A stretch of DNA of 64,000 nt. It comes from Escherichia coli (GTDB lineage: Bacteria > Pseudomonadota > Gammaproteobacteria > Enterobacterales > Enterobacteriaceae). The stretch lies in assembly GCF_002854065.1 (NCBI RefSeq), contig NZ_CP024147.1. One strand, written 5' to 3'. The first letter of the stretch is position 1. The number at the start of each line of letters is the position of its first letter. The notes under the pieces are model-generated. The model was given only the letters and a program-made list of their open reading frames with translations. It ran no database searches and was not told the DNA's origin. Made by a program: the position numbers and the translations under genes. Positions 42,492 to 54,872 of this stretch are shown piece after piece.

Positions 42492-43378
42492 TGGTTCGGC
42501 AAAATCTTCCAGAACGCCTCAATCAGCGGCTCATGCAGCCGCTTTTTCTGCGCACAAACGCCCAGTTCAAACGGCGTTTTTTCATCGCTGCGCTCTAAAA
42601 TCATCACGCGGTTACGCACCGGTTCGGGGCTGTTTTCCAGCACTACTTCCGGCAACAGCGCCACGCCACAGCCGAGCGCCACCATCGATACCATCGCTTC
42701 ATGCCCGCCAACCGTGGCGTAAATCATCGGGTTACTGATTTTGTTACGCCGAAACCACAGTTCAATGCGGCGGCGTACCGGCCCCTGATCGGCCATGATA
42801 AACGGCACCGTTGACCAGTCCGGCTTCTCTACCGACACCTGATTACGCACCGGGCAGGGCAGCGCGGGGGCAATCAGCACTACTGCCAGATTCTCCAGCA
42901 TCGAAAACGCCACTGCGCCGGGCAAGGTTTCCGGTTTACCCGCAATCGCCAGATCCGCTTCACCAGTGACCACCTTTTCCATCGCATCTGCCGCATCACC
43001 AGTAGTAAGTTTAATCTCCACCGACGGGTGTTCCGCGCGGAAGCGATCCAGAATCGGCGGCAGATGGCTGTAGGCAGCGGTCACCGAGCAGAAGATATGT
43101 AATTCGCCAGAGAGCGACGGCCCTTGCTGATCGATGGTGTGGCGCAACTGCTGATACTGCAACAGCGTTTGCTGGGCGAAAACGCGCAGCTCTTCGCCCG
43201 CTTCAGTCAGCGTCACCGTGCGGTTATCGCGCACAAACAGCGGCTGACCGAGATCTTCTTCCAGGCGCTGAATCTGCCGTGAGAGCGTGGACGGGCTAAC
43301 GTGCATCGCCCGCGCGCTGCGGCCAAAATGGCGGCTTTCCGCCAGATGCAGGAAGGTTTTCAGATCGCGTAAATCCAA
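42488..43378 (-). CDS. ilvY: LysR-family activator of ilvC
   Basis: LysR HTH; start placed at a TTG codon giving [45 protein letters not shown], the ORF track extends 28 codons upstream. Confidence 0.85.
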
Positions 43379-43401
43379 TGGCGCAGCCCTCAATGTTGAC
43401 G

Positions 43402-43416
43402 TTGCAGAAATTGCAA
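43402..43416. promoter_or_regulatory. Candidate IlvY operator (LysR-type inverted repeat) in the ilvY-ilvC divergent region
   Basis: Inverted repeat TTGCA-GAAAT-TGCAA between the ilvY and ilvC starts. Confidence 0.5.
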
Positions 43417-43527
43417 TGTGACGTTGTGAATATATCAATTTCCGCAATAAATTTCCTGTCATATAGTGAATTCAATCTCGCAAACGCGAACCGAACAATA
43501 AGAAGCACAACATCACGAGGAATCACC

Positions 43528-45003
43528 ATGGCTAACTACTTCAATACACTGAATCTGCGCCAGCAGCTGGCACAGCTGGGCAAATGTCGCTTTATGGGGC
43601 GCGATGAATTCGCCGATGGCGCGAGCTACCTTCAGGGTAAAAAAGTAGTCATCGTCGGCTGTGGCGCACAGGGTCTGAACCAGGGCCTGAACATGCGTGA
43701 TTCTGGTCTCGATATCTCCTACGCTCTGCGTAAAGAAGCGATTGCCGAGAAGCGCGCGTCCTGGCGTAAAGCGACCGAAAATGGTTTTAAAGTGGGTACT
43801 TACGAAGAACTGATCCCACAGGCGGATCTGGTGGTTAACCTGACGCCGGACAAGCAGCACTCTGATGTAGTGCGCACCGTACAGCCACTGATGAAAGACG
43901 GCGCGGCGCTGGGTTACTCGCACGGTTTCAACATCGTCGAAGTGGGCGAGCAGATCCGTAAAGATATCACCGTAGTCATGGTTGCGCCGAAATGCCCTGG
44001 CACCGAAGTACGTGAAGAGTACAAACGTGGATTCGGCGTACCGACGCTGATTGCTGTTCACCCTGAAAACGATCCGAAAGGCGAAGGTATGGCGATCGCT
44101 AAAGCATGGGCGGCGGCAACCGGTGGTCATCGTGCGGGCGTGCTGGAATCCTCTTTCGTTGCGGAAGTGAAATCTGACCTGATGGGCGAGCAAACCATTC
44201 TGTGCGGTATGTTGCAGGCCGGCTCTCTGCTGTGCTTCGACAAGCTGGTGGAAGAAGGCACCGATCCGGCATACGCAGAAAAACTGATTCAGTTCGGCTG
44301 GGAAACCATCACCGAAGCGCTGAAACAGGGCGGCATCACCCTGATGATGGACCGTCTCTCTAACCCGGCGAAACTGCGTGCTTACGCGCTGTCTGAACAG
44401 CTGAAAGAGATCATGGCACCGCTGTTCCAGAAACATATGGATGACATCATCTCCGGCGAATTCTCTTCCGGTATGATGGCGGACTGGGCCAACGATGATA
44501 AGAAACTGCTGACCTGGCGTGAAGAAACCGGCAAAACCGCGTTTGAAACCGCGCCGCAGTATGAAGGCAAAATCGGCGAGCAGGAGTACTTCGATAAAGG
44601 CGTACTGATGATCGCGATGGTGAAAGCGGGCGTTGAGCTGGCGTTTGAAACCATGGTTGATTCCGGCATCATCGAAGAATCTGCTTACTATGAATCACTG
44701 CACGAACTGCCGCTGATTGCCAACACCATCGCCCGTAAGCGTCTGTACGAAATGAACGTGGTTATCTCTGATACCGCCGAGTACGGTAACTATCTGTTCT
44801 CTTACGCTTGTGTGCCGTTGCTGAAACCGTTTATGGCAGAGCTGCAACCGGGCGACCTGGGTAAAGCTATTCCGGAAGGGGCGGTAGATAACGCGCAACT
44901 GCGTGATGTGAACGAAGCGATTCGCAGCCATGCGATTGAGCAGGTAGGTAAGAAACTGCGCGGCTATATGACAGATATGAAACGCATTGCTGTTGCGGGT
45001 TAA
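43528..45003 (+). CDS. ilvC: Ketol-acid reductoisomerase
   Basis: NADPH-binding motif GCGAQG; start placed at [19 protein letters not shown] (491 aa). Confidence 0.97.
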   Translation: MANYFNTLNLRQQLAQLGKCRFMGRDEFADGASYLQGKKVVIVGCGAQGLNQGLNMRDSGLDISYALRKEAIAEKRASWRKATENGFKVGTYEELIPQADLVVNLTPDKQHSDVVRTVQPLMKDGAALGYSHGFNIVEVGEQIRKDITVVMVAPKCPGTEVREEYKRGFGVPTLIAVHPENDPKGEGMAIAKAWAAATGGHRAGVLESSFVAEVKSDLMGEQTILCGMLQAGSLLCFDKLVEEGTDPAYAEKLIQFGWETITEALKQGGITLMMDRLSNPAKLRAYALSEQLKEIMAPLFQKHMDDIISGEFSSGMMADWANDDKKLLTWREETGKTAFETAPQYEGKIGEQEYFDKGVLMIAMVKAGVELAFETMVDSGIIEESAYYESLHELPLIANTIARKRLYEMNVVISDTAEYGNYLFSYACVPLLKPFMAELQPGDLGKAIPEGAVDNAQLRDVNEAIRSHAIEQVGKKLRGYMTDMKRIAVAG

Positions 45004-45019
45004 TAGCGATTCAGAGTTC

Positions 45020-45044
45020 AAGGCCTTCTCCTGGAGAAGGCCTT
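45020..45044. terminator. Bidirectional hairpin between convergent ilvC and ppiC
   Basis: Perfect stem AAGGCCTTCTCC TGGA GGAGAAGGCCTT located between the two stop codons. Confidence 0.65.
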
Positions 45045-45048
45045 ACTG

Positions 45049-45378
<330 letters not shown>

Positions 45379-45416
45379 TTATTTTCCCCTCCCGACTTTC
45401 ATTGAGCGATTTTCCT

Positions 45417-47438
45417 ATGCGTCTAAACCCCGGCCAACAACAAGCTGTCGAATTCGTTACCGGCCCCTGCCTGGTGCTGGCGGGCGCGGGTTCCGGTAAA
45501 ACTCGTGTGATCACCAATAAAATCGCCCATCTGATCCGCGGTTGCGGTTATCAGGCGCGACATATCGCGGCGGTGACCTTTACCAATAAGGCGGCGCGCG
45601 AGATGAAAGAGCGTGTCGGGCAGACGCTGGGTCGCAAAGAGGCGCGCGGGCTGATGATCTCCACTTTTCACACGCTGGGGTTGGATATCATCAAACGCGA
45701 GTATGCGGCGCTTGGGATGAAAGCGAACTTCTCGTTGTTTGACGATACCGATCAGCTTGCTTTGCTTAAAGAGTTGACCGAGGGGCTGATTGAAGATGAC
45801 AAAGTTCTCCTGCAACAACTGATTTCGACCATCTCTAACTGGAAGAATGATCTCAAAACACCGTCCCAGGCGGCAGCAAGTGCGATTGGCGAGCGGGACC
45901 GTATTTTTGCCCATTGTTATGGGCTGTATGATGCACACCTGAAAGCCTGTAACGTTCTCGACTTCGATGATCTGATTTTATTGCCGACGTTGCTGCTGCA
46001 ACGCAATGAAGAAGTCCGCGAGCGCTGGCAGAACAAAATTCGCTATCTGCTGGTGGATGAGTATCAGGACACCAACACCAGCCAGTATGAGCTGGTGAAA
46101 CTGCTGGTGGGCAGCCGCGCGCGCTTTACCGTGGTGGGCGATGACGACCAGTCGATCTACTCCTGGCGCGGCGCACGTCCACAAAACCTGGTGCTGCTGA
46201 GTCAGGATTTTCCGGCGCTGAAGGTGATTAAGCTTGAGCAGAACTACCGCTCTTCCGGACGTATTTTGAAAGCGGCGAACATCCTGATCGCCAATAATCC
46301 GCACGTCTTTGAAAAGCGTCTGTTCTCCGAACTGGGTTACGGCACAGAGCTAAAAGTTTTAAGCGCGAATAACGAGGAACATGAAGCCGAGCGCGTTACT
46401 GGCGAGCTGATCGCCCATCACTTCGTCAATAAAACGCAGTACAAAGATTACGCCATTCTTTATCGCGGTAACCATCAGTCGCGGGTGTTTGAAAAATTCC
46501 TGATGCAAAACCGCATCCCGTACAAAATTTCTGGTGGTACGTCGTTTTTCTCTCGTCCTGAAATCAAGGACTTGCTGGCTTATCTGCGCGTGCTGACTAA
46601 CCCGGACGATGACAGCGCATTTCTGCGTATCGTTAACACGCCGAAGCGAGAGATTGGCCCGGCGACGCTGAAAAAGTTGGGTGAATGGGCGATGACGCGC
46701 AATAAAAGCATGTTTACCGCCAGCTTTGATATGGGCCTGAGTCAGACGCTTAGCGGACGTGGTTATGAAGCATTGACCCGCTTCACTCACTGGTTGGCAG
46801 AAATCCAGCGCCTGGCGGAGCGGGAGCCGATTGCTGCGGTGCGTGATCTGATCCATGGCATGGATTATGAATCCTGGCTGTACGAAACATCGCCCAGCCC
46901 GAAAGCAGCCGAAATGCGCATGAAGAACGTCAACCAACTGTTTAGCTGGATGACGGAGATGCTGGAAGGCAGCGAACTGGATGAGCCGATGACGCTCACC
47001 CAGGTGGTGACGCGCTTTACTTTGCGCGACATGATGGAGCGTGGTGAGAGTGAAGAAGAGCTGGATCAGGTGCAACTGATGACTCTCCACGCGTCGAAAG
47101 GGCTGGAGTTTCCTTATGTCTACATGGTCGGTATGGAAGAAGGGTTTTTGCCGCACCAGAGCAGTATCGATGAAGATAATATCGATGAGGAGCGGCGGCT
47201 GGCCTATGTCGGCATTACCCGCGCCCAGAAGGAATTGACCTTTACGCTGTGTAAAGAACGCCGTCAGTACGGCGAACTGGTGCGCCCGGAGCCGAGCCGC
47301 TTTTTGCTGGAGCTGCCGCAGGATGATCTGATTTGGGAACAGGAGCGCAAAGTGGTCAGCGCCGAAGAACGGATGCAGAAAGGGCAAAGCCATCTGGCGA
47401 ATCTGAAAGCGATGATGGCGGCAAAACGAGGGAAATAA
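45417..47438 (+). CDS. rep: ATP-dependent DNA helicase Rep (SF1 UvrD-like)
   Basis: Walker A GAGSGKT; start placed at [29 protein letters not shown] (673 aa). Confidence 0.95.
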   Translation: MRLNPGQQQAVEFVTGPCLVLAGAGSGKTRVITNKIAHLIRGCGYQARHIAAVTFTNKAAREMKERVGQTLGRKEARGLMISTFHTLGLDIIKREYAALGMKANFSLFDDTDQLALLKELTEGLIEDDKVLLQQLISTISNWKNDLKTPSQAAASAIGERDRIFAHCYGLYDAHLKACNVLDFDDLILLPTLLLQRNEEVRERWQNKIRYLLVDEYQDTNTSQYELVKLLVGSRARFTVVGDDDQSIYSWRGARPQNLVLLSQDFPALKVIKLEQNYRSSGRILKAANILIANNPHVFEKRLFSELGYGTELKVLSANNEEHEAERVTGELIAHHFVNKTQYKDYAILYRGNHQSRVFEKFLMQNRIPYKISGGTSFFSRPEIKDLLAYLRVLTNPDDDSAFLRIVNTPKREIGPATLKKLGEWAMTRNKSMFTASFDMGLSQTLSGRGYEALTRFTHWLAEIQRLAEREPIAAVRDLIHGMDYESWLYETSPSPKAAEMRMKNVNQLFSWMTEMLEGSELDEPMTLTQVVTRFTLRDMMERGESEEELDQVQLMTLHASKGLEFPYVYMVGMEEGFLPHQSSIDEDNIDEERRLAYVGITRAQKELTFTLCKERRQYGELVRPEPSRFLLELPQDDLIWEQERKVVSAEERMQKGQSHLANLKAMMAAKRGK

Positions 47439-47443
47439 TCAAG

Positions 47444-47476
47444 GCCGGAAAAGATGCGTCAGCATCGCATCCGGCA
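47444..47476. repeat. REP-like palindromic element / terminator hairpin between convergent rep and gppA
   Basis: GCCGGAAAAGATGCG-TCAGCAT-CGCATCCGGC; reverse complement begins GCCGGATGCG, resembling the REP consensus. Confidence 0.5.
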
Positions 47477-47484
47477 CTTACTCA

Positions 47485-48969
47485 TTAATGCACTTCCAGC
47501 GGCCAGTGGACATAGCTCTGCCACTGGCTTTCCTGAGCAATAATCTCTTTACCCAGCGGATGTTGGGTTAGCCAACCTTGCGGAAGCGTCAAGGTCAACA
47601 GTTCATGGTTAGCCTGTAATGTCATCTCTGGCACGAGATCGTCACGGCGACGGCTGGCAAAAATGATGGCCAGGCGTAGTAAACGGCAGAGTTGTTCTGC
47701 GACGCGCGGCGGTACGGCATTTTGCTGATGCAGCGATGAGAGATCGACCGGATTAGTCTGGTTGAGCAGTAGCGTCGCCAGCAATTTTTTCTGTGCGGGG
47801 GTAAAACCGGGAAGATCCAGATTACGCACCAGATAAGCAGCGTGTTGCGGCGCTTGTTTGAAGTCAACGCTCAGGCCGATTTCATGAAGCTGACAGGCGC
47901 TGATGAGCAAATCGCGGCTTATTGCTTCAAGATGCCATTCGTTTTCCACCTGTTCGAAGAAGTTAGCTGCAACTTTGGCTACGCGCTGTGCCTGATCAAT
48001 ATCGATCATAAAGCGGCGTTGAATATTACGCAGCGTACGGCTGCGAATATCCTGCTCGACGGCCAGATGCAACATGCCGTAGACCAGGCCTTCACGCAGC
48101 GCACCGCCCGCCAGGGTCATACACTGAATATTCAGTTCGGTAAAAATGGCGATCAGGATCGCCAGACCACTCGGGAACACTAACGCACGTTCCAGCGTCA
48201 GCCCGTCAATCTCCAGTTCCTCCAGCCGACCGCAATGAATGGCTCGCTGTTTCAATTGCTGCAACTTTTCCAGGGTAATGCGTTCATCCATCCCCTGTGC
48301 CATCATGATTTCCTGTAACGCCTGCACGGTGCCGGAAGCACCAACGCACACTTTCCAGCCGTGATACCGTAATTCATCGGCAACCGGACGTAACACTTCG
48401 CGTGCCGCTTTTTCTGCAGCATCAAAATTTTCCTGCCCCAGATTACGATCGGCAAAATAGCGTTCCAGCCAGGTGACGCAGCCCATCGACAGGCTAAACA
48501 ACGAGGTAGTTTGTGCACCCGTGCCGGTTACCAGTTCAGTACTGGCACCGCCGATATCCACTACCAGGCGCTGATCGGCACCGCCAGTGGTGTGAGCAAC
48601 GCCCTGATAAATCAGACGTGCTTCCTCTTCACCGCTGATCACCTGTACCGGACAACCGAGAATTTCCTGCGCTTTGGCAATAAAATCACCCGCATTGACG
48701 GCAAGGCGTAACGTCGCCGTAGCGACAACGCGAATTTGCGAGGGAGGGATATCTTGCAGACGTTCAGCAAACAGGCGCAAACATTGCCAACCGCGCTCCA
48801 TTGCTTCATTGGAGAGGGCATTTTCGCTATTCAGGCCAGCAGCCAGACGCACTTTGCGTTTTATTCGCGTCAGCGTCTGGATGCTTCCAGCCACCTCGCG
48901 CACAACCAGCATATGAAAACTATTCGAACCGAGATCAATGGCTGCATACAGCGACGAGGTGGAACCCAT
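47485..48969 (-). CDS. gppA: Guanosine pentaphosphate phosphohydrolase / exopolyphosphatase
   Basis: Ppx/GppA family; start placed at [23 protein letters not shown] (494 aa). Confidence 0.93.
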   Translation of the reverse strand: MGSTSSLYAAIDLGSNSFHMLVVREVAGSIQTLTRIKRKVRLAAGLNSENALSNEAMERGWQCLRLFAERLQDIPPSQIRVVATATLRLAVNAGDFIAKAQEILGCPVQVISGEEEARLIYQGVAHTTGGADQRLVVDIGGASTELVTGTGAQTTSLFSLSMGCVTWLERYFADRNLGQENFDAAEKAAREVLRPVADELRYHGWKVCVGASGTVQALQEIMMAQGMDERITLEKLQQLKQRAIHCGRLEELEIDGLTLERALVFPSGLAILIAIFTELNIQCMTLAGGALREGLVYGMLHLAVEQDIRSRTLRNIQRRFMIDIDQAQRVAKVAANFFEQVENEWHLEAISRDLLISACQLHEIGLSVDFKQAPQHAAYLVRNLDLPGFTPAQKKLLATLLLNQTNPVDLSSLHQQNAVPPRVAEQLCRLLRLAIIFASRRRDDLVPEMTLQANHELLTLTLPQGWLTQHPLGKEIIAQESQWQSYVHWPLEVH

Positions 48970-49104
48970 ACTCTTCATCCTTCAATCTGTCTCTGTGTTG
49001 GCTGCATTCTTTCACCTGAATCACTTACTACAGTAAGCTCATCGGGATTCATTCTCTTGCCATCTTGATACAGTTTGAATGATTTTGAGTATGACATTTT
49101 TTAT

Positions 49105-50370
49105 TTAACCTGAACGACGACGATTACGCGGAGCGCCAGTACGACGCGGACCATTGCCTGTACGTGGGCGCGTGAGGCGCAGCGGTTTTGGCAGATCGGT
49201 CATCAATGCGTCCGGATTGTATTTGCTTACCGGAATTGAGTGACCAATATAGGTTTCAATAGCAGGCAAATTCAATGCATACTCTTCACACGCCAGGCTG
49301 ATAGAGTGACCGCTTGCGCCTGCGCGACCTGTGCGACCAATACGGTGAACGTAATCTTCACAGTCATCGGGTAAATCGTAGTTAAAGACGTGCGTCACTG
49401 CCGGAATATGCAAACCACGCGCGGCAACGTCGGTGGCAACCAGAATATCCAGATCGCCACGGGTAAATTCATCAAGAATACGCAGACGTTTTTTCTGCGC
49501 GACATCGCCTGTCAACAAACCGACACGATGACCATCTGCCGCCAGGTGGCCCCAGATCTCTTCACAACGGTGTTTGGTATTGGCGAAAATAATCGCTCTG
49601 TCTGGCCACTCTTCTTCGATCAGCGTTTGCAGCAAACGCATTTTTTCTTCGTTAGAAGGGTAGAAAAGCTCTTCTTTAATACGGTGGCCCGTTTTCTGTT
49701 CCGGTTCCACTTCAATATATTCGGCATTGTTCATCTGCTCGAACGCCAGTTCACGTACCCGGTACGAAAGCGTGGCGGAGAACAGCATGTTGAGGCGCTG
49801 GTTTGCAGGCGGCATACGGCGGAACAGCCAGCGGATATCTTTAATAAAGCCCAGATCGTACATGCGATCGGCTTCGTCCAGTACCACTACCTGAATGGCA
49901 CCGAGGTTAATGTGGTTCTGCTTGGCGTAGTCAATTAAACGACCCGTGGTGCCAATCAGAATGTCAACGCCGCTTTCCAGCACTTTCAGCTGTTTGTCGT
50001 AACCATCACCACCGTAAGCCAGACCCAGCTTCAGGCCGGTAGCTTCCGCCAGCGGTTCCGCATCGGCATGGATCTGCACGGCAAGTTCACGCGTCGGTGC
50101 CATAATTAAGGCACGCGGCTGATTCACCTTGCGATCGGCAATCGCAGGATGAGAGAGAAGATAATGAAACGTTGACGTAAGAAACGCCATCGTTTTCCCG
50201 GTACCGGTTTGCGCCTGCCCGGCTACGTCACGACCCGCCAGCGTCAGCGGAAGGGCCAGTGCCTGAATGGGCGTACAGTTATGAAACCCTTTTTTTTCAA
50301 GGGATTCTACAACCTTCGGATGCAGGGCGAAGTCGGAAAACTTCTGTTCTGTTAAATGTGTTTTGCTCAT
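49105..50370 (-). CDS. rhlB: DEAD-box RNA helicase RhlB (degradosome component)
   Basis: 421-aa ORF with Q-motif, Walker [13 protein letters not shown] box and Arg-rich C-terminal tail. Confidence 0.95.
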   Translation of the reverse strand: MSKTHLTEQKFSDFALHPKVVESLEKKGFHNCTPIQALALPLTLAGRDVAGQAQTGTGKTMAFLTSTFHYLLSHPAIADRKVNQPRALIMAPTRELAVQIHADAEPLAEATGLKLGLAYGGDGYDKQLKVLESGVDILIGTTGRLIDYAKQNHINLGAIQVVVLDEADRMYDLGFIKDIRWLFRRMPPANQRLNMLFSATLSYRVRELAFEQMNNAEYIEVEPEQKTGHRIKEELFYPSNEEKMRLLQTLIEEEWPDRAIIFANTKHRCEEIWGHLAADGHRVGLLTGDVAQKKRLRILDEFTRGDLDILVATDVAARGLHIPAVTHVFNYDLPDDCEDYVHRIGRTGRAGASGHSISLACEEYALNLPAIETYIGHSIPVSKYNPDALMTDLPKPLRLTRPRTGNGPRRTGAPRNRRRSG

Positions 50371-50500
50371 AGTGTGGTAGAATATCAGCTTACTATTGCT
50401 TTACGAAAGCGTATCCGGTGAAATAAAGTCAACCTTTAGTTGGTTAATGTTACACCAACAACGAAACCAACACGCCAGACTTATTCCTGTGGAGTTATAT

Positions 50501-50830
50501 ATGAGCGATAAAATTATTCACCTGACTGACGACAGTTTTGACACGGATGTACTCAAAGCGGACGGGGCGATCCTCGTCGATTTCTGGGCAGAGTGGTGCG
50601 GTCCGTGCAAAATGATCGCCCCGATTCTGGATGAAATCGCTGACGAATATCAGGGCAAACTGACCGTTGCAAAACTGAACATCGATCAAAACCCTGGCAC
50701 TGCGCCGAAATATGGCATCCGTGGTATCCCGACTCTGCTGCTGTTCAAAAACGGTGAAGTGGCGGCAACCAAAGTGGGCGCACTGTCTAAAGGTCAGTTG
50801 AAAGAGTTCCTCGACGCTAACCTGGCGTAA
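50501..50830 (+). CDS. trxA: Thioredoxin 1
   Basis: Active site WCGPC; start placed at [22 protein letters not shown] (109 aa), the ORF track extension of 35 codons is rejected. Confidence 0.97.
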
Positions 50831-50970
50831 GGGAATTTCATGTTCGGGTGCCCCGTCGCTAAAAACTGGACGCCCGGCGTGAGTCATGCTAACTTAGTGT
50901 TGACTTCGTATTAAACATACCTTATTAAGTTTGAATCTTGTAATTTCCAACGCTTCCCATTTTATCTTAA

Positions 50971-51072
50971 ATGCGAAGTGAACAGATTTCTGGCTCGTCA
51001 CTCAATCCGTCTTGTCGTTTCAGTTCTGCGTACTCTCCTGTGACCAGGCAGCGAAAAGACATGAGTCGATGA
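50971..51072 (+). CDS. rhoL: rho leader peptide
   Basis: 33-codon ORF MRSEQISGSSLNPSCRFSSAYSPVTRQRKDMSR in the rho 5' leader. Confidence 0.8.
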   Translation: MRSEQISGSSLNPSCRFSSAYSPVTRQRKDMSR

Positions 51073-51156
51073 CCGTAAACAGGCATGGATGATCCTGCCA
51101 TACCATTCACAACATTAAGTTCGAGATTTACCCCAAGTTTAAGAACTCACACCACT

Positions 51157-52416
51157 ATGAATCTTACCGAATTAAAGAATACGCCGGTTTCTGAGCTGAT
51201 CACTCTCGGCGAAAATATGGGGCTGGAAAACCTGGCTCGTATGCGTAAGCAGGACATTATTTTTGCCATCCTGAAGCAGCACGCAAAGAGTGGCGAAGAT
51301 ATCTTTGGTGATGGCGTACTGGAGATATTGCAGGATGGATTTGGTTTCCTCCGTTCCGCAGACAGCTCCTACCTCGCCGGTCCTGATGACATCTACGTTT
51401 CCCCTAGCCAAATCCGCCGTTTCAACCTCCGCACTGGTGATACCATCTCTGGTAAGATTCGCCCGCCGAAAGAAGGTGAACGCTATTTTGCGCTGCTGAA
51501 AGTTAACGAAGTTAACTTCGACAAACCTGAAAACGCCCGCAACAAAATCCTCTTTGAGAACTTAACCCCGCTGCACGCAAACTCTCGTCTGCGTATGGAA
51601 CGTGGTAACGGTTCTACTGAAGATTTAACCGCTCGCGTACTGGATCTGGCATCACCTATCGGTCGTGGTCAGCGTGGTCTGATTGTGGCACCGCCGAAAG
51701 CCGGTAAAACCATGCTGCTGCAGAACATTGCTCAGAGCATTGCTTACAACCACCCGGATTGTGTGCTGATGGTTCTGCTGATCGACGAACGTCCGGAAGA
51801 AGTAACCGAGATGCAGCGTCTGGTAAAAGGTGAAGTTGTTGCTTCTACCTTTGACGAACCCGCATCTCGCCACGTTCAGGTTGCGGAAATGGTGATCGAG
51901 AAGGCGAAACGCCTGGTTGAGCACAAGAAAGACGTTATCATTCTGCTCGACTCCATCACTCGTCTGGCGCGCGCTTACAACACCGTTGTTCCGGCGTCAG
52001 GTAAAGTGTTGACAGGTGGTGTGGACGCCAATGCCCTTCATCGTCCGAAACGCTTCTTTGGTGCGGCGCGTAACGTGGAAGAGGGCGGCAGCCTGACCAT
52101 TATCGCGACGGCGCTTATCGATACCGGTTCTAAAATGGACGAAGTTATTTACGAAGAGTTTAAAGGTACAGGCAACATGGAACTGCACCTCTCTCGTAAG
52201 ATCGCTGAAAAACGCGTCTTCCCGGCTATCGACTACAACCGTTCCGGTACCCGTAAAGAAGAGCTGCTCACGACTCAGGAAGAACTGCAGAAAATGTGGA
52301 TCCTGCGCAAAATCATTCACCCGATGGGCGAAATCGATGCAATGGAATTCCTCATTAATAAACTGGCAATGACCAAGACCAATGACGATTTCTTCGAAAT
52401 GATGAAACGCTCATAA
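51157..52416 (+). CDS. rho: Transcription termination factor Rho
   Basis: Start placed at [41 protein letters not shown] (419 aa); Walker A APPKAGKT. Confidence 0.98.
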
Positions 52417-52430
52417 ATTTGTCTTATGCC

Positions 52431-52465
52431 AAAAACGCCACGTGTTTACGTGGCGTTTTGCTTTT
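52431..52465 (+). terminator. Intrinsic terminator after rho
   Basis: Hairpin AAAACGCCACGTG TTTA CGTGGCGTTTT followed by a T-run. Confidence 0.85.
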
Positions 52466-52655
52466 ATATCTGTAATCTTAATGCCGCGCTGGCGATGTTA
52501 GGAAAATTCCTGGAATTTGCTGGCATGTTATGCACCTTGCATATCAAATGGTTAATTTTTGCATAGGGCTGGTGGGTTCGGAACGGACTTTCCCTTCTGA
52601 ATAAAGGTCTTCGTGGTTATACTTCTGCTAATAATTTTCTCTGAGAGCATGCATT

Positions 52656-53759
52656 GTGAATTTACTGACAGTGAGTACTGATCTCATCAGTATTTTTTTA
52701 TTCACGACACTGTTTCTGTTTTTTGCCCGTAAGGTGGCAAAAAAAGTCGGTTTAGTGGATAAACCAAACTTCCGCAAACGTCACCAGGGATTGATACCTC
52801 TCGTTGGGGGGATTTCGGTTTACGCAGGGATTTGCTTCACGTTCGGAATTGTCGATTACTATATTCCGCATGCATCTCTCTATCTCGCTTGTGCCGGTGT
52901 GCTTGTTTTCATTGGCGCGCTGGATGACCGTTTTGATATCAGCGTAAAAATCCGTGCCACCATACAGGCCGCTGTTGGCATTGTTATGATGGTGTTCGGC
53001 AAGCTTTATCTCAGTAGCCTGGGTTATATCTTTGGCTCCTGGGAGATGGTGCTCGGACCGTTTGGTTACTTCCTGACGCTATTTGCCGTCTGGGCGGCCA
53101 TTAATGCGTTCAACATGGTTGATGGCATTGATGGCTTGCTGGGCGGGTTGTCCTGCGTCTCGTTTGCAGCAATCGGTATGATTTTGTGGTTCGACGGGCA
53201 AACCAGCCTCGCAATCTGGTGCTTTGCGATGATCGCCGCCATCCTGCCATACATCATGCTTAACCTTGGTATCCTGGGTCGCCGCTACAAAGTCTTTATG
53301 GGTGATGCGGGCAGTACGCTGATTGGTTTTACCGTTATCTGGATCCTGCTCGAAACGACCCAGGGCAAAACCCATCCCATCAGCCCGGTTACCGCTTTGT
53401 GGATAACCGCCATTCCGCTAATGGATATGGTGGCGATTATGTACCGTCGCCTGTGTAAAGGCATGAGCCCATTCTCTCCTGACCGTCAGCATATTCACCA
53501 TTTGATCATGCGTGCCGGGTTTACTTCCCGTCAGGCGTTTGTGCTGATTACCCTTGCCGCAGCACTGCTCGCTTCCATTGGCGTGCTGGCAGAATATTCT
53601 CATTTTGTCCCGGAGTGGGTCATGCTGGTGCTCTTTTTGCTAGCATTCTTCCTCTATGGATATTGCATTAAGCGTGCCTGGAAAGTTGCTCGCTTTATTA
53701 AGCGCGTAAAACGCAGACTGCGTAGAAATCGTGGTGGCAGCCCCAATTTAACCAAATAA
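52656..53759 (+). CDS. wecA: UDP-GlcNAc:undecaprenyl-phosphate GlcNAc-1-phosphate transferase
   Basis: 367-aa polytopic membrane ORF with GTG start (MNLLTVSTDLISIFLFTTLFLFFARK...); first gene of the ECA cluster. Confidence 0.93.
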   Translation: MNLLTVSTDLISIFLFTTLFLFFARKVAKKVGLVDKPNFRKRHQGLIPLVGGISVYAGICFTFGIVDYYIPHASLYLACAGVLVFIGALDDRFDISVKIRATIQAAVGIVMMVFGKLYLSSLGYIFGSWEMVLGPFGYFLTLFAVWAAINAFNMVDGIDGLLGGLSCVSFAAIGMILWFDGQTSLAIWCFAMIAAILPYIMLNLGILGRRYKVFMGDAGSTLIGFTVIWILLETTQGKTHPISPVTALWITAIPLMDMVAIMYRRLCKGMSPFSPDRQHIHHLIMRAGFTSRQAFVLITLAAALLASIGVLAEYSHFVPEWVMLVLFLLAFFLYGYCIKRAWKVARFIKRVKRRLRRNRGGSPNLTK

Positions 53760-53770
53760 ATGAGGATGTG

Positions 53771-54817
53771 ATGACACAACCAATGCCTGGGAAACCGGCC
53801 GAAGACGCTGAAAATGAACTGGATATTCGTGGGTTGTTTCGTACCTTGTGGGCTGGGAAGCTATGGATTATTGGCATGGGGCTGGCGTTTGCGTTAATCG
53901 CGCTGGCGTATACGTTTTTTGCTCGTCAGGAGTGGAGCTCGACGGCGATTACCGATCGTCCAACGGTGAATATGCTGGGGGGATATTACTCGCAGCAGCA
54001 ATTTTTGCGTAACCTGGATGTCCGTTCAAACATGGCTTCTGCCGACCAACCATCGGTCATGGACGAAGCCTATAAAGAGTTTGTTATGCAACTGGCCTCG
54101 TGGGATACCCGCAGAGAGTTCTGGCTGCAAACCGACTATTACAAGCAGCGGATGGTGGGCAACAGCAAAGCCGATGCGGCGTTGCTGGATGAAATGATTA
54201 ACAACATCCAGTTTATCCCCGGAGACTTTACCCGCGCGGTCAATGACAGCGTGAAGCTTATTGCCGAAACCGCGCCTGACGCTAATAACCTGTTACGTCA
54301 GTATGTTGCTTTTGCCAGCCAGCGTGCAGCCAGCCATCTGAATGATGAGCTGAAAGGCGCATGGGCGGCACGCACCATCCAGATGAAAGCTCAGGTGAAG
54401 CGTCAGGAAGAGGTGGCGAAAGCCATCTACGACCGCCGGATGAACAGCATTGAGCAGGCGCTGAAAATTGCTGAGCAGCATAATATTTCGCGCAGTGCGA
54501 CAGATGTGCCTGCCGAGGAATTACCTGATTCAGAAATGTTCCTGCTTGGGCGTCCAATGCTCCAGGCTCGACTGGAAAATTTACAGGCCGTCGGTCCGGC
54601 CTTTGATCTCGACTATGATCAGAATCGGGCCATGTTAAACACCCTGAATGTTGGTCCAACCCTGGATCCGCGTTTTCAGACCTATCGCTATTTGCGTACG
54701 CCGGAAGAACCGGTAAAACGCGATAGCCCACGTCGTGCCTTCCTGATGATTATGTGGGGCATTGTCGGGGGGCTGATCGGGGCTGGTGTCGCATTAACCC
54801 GCCGTTGCTCGAAATAG
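53771..54817 (+). CDS. wzzE: ECA polysaccharide chain-length modulator
   Basis: PCP family with N- and C-terminal transmembrane segments; start placed at the ATG (MTQPMPGK...), one codon inside the GTG-initiated ORF. Confidence 0.9.
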   Translation: MTQPMPGKPAEDAENELDIRGLFRTLWAGKLWIIGMGLAFALIALAYTFFARQEWSSTAITDRPTVNMLGGYYSQQQFLRNLDVRSNMASADQPSVMDEAYKEFVMQLASWDTRREFWLQTDYYKQRMVGNSKADAALLDEMINNIQFIPGDFTRAVNDSVKLIAETAPDANNLLRQYVAFASQRAASHLNDELKGAWAARTIQMKAQVKRQEEVAKAIYDRRMNSIEQALKIAEQHNISRSATDVPAEELPDSEMFLLGRPMLQARLENLQAVGPAFDLDYDQNRAMLNTLNVGPTLDPRFQTYRYLRTPEEPVKRDSPRRAFLMIMWGIVGGLIGAGVALTRRCSK

Positions 54818-54872
54818 CAACACTGCTGCGGTGAGCGCAAAGGCGCTCGCCGCTTATTCGAAGAGAATCGAT

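Noticed and set aside
50396-50500. Upstream extension of the trxA ORF (144-aa version), and similar extensions for rho (51085), ilvC (43378), ilvE (38034), rep (45402) and wecB (54831)
   Set aside because: The ORF track reports the longest frame including alternative start codons; the conserved protein N-termini begin at the internal starts given in the feature list.
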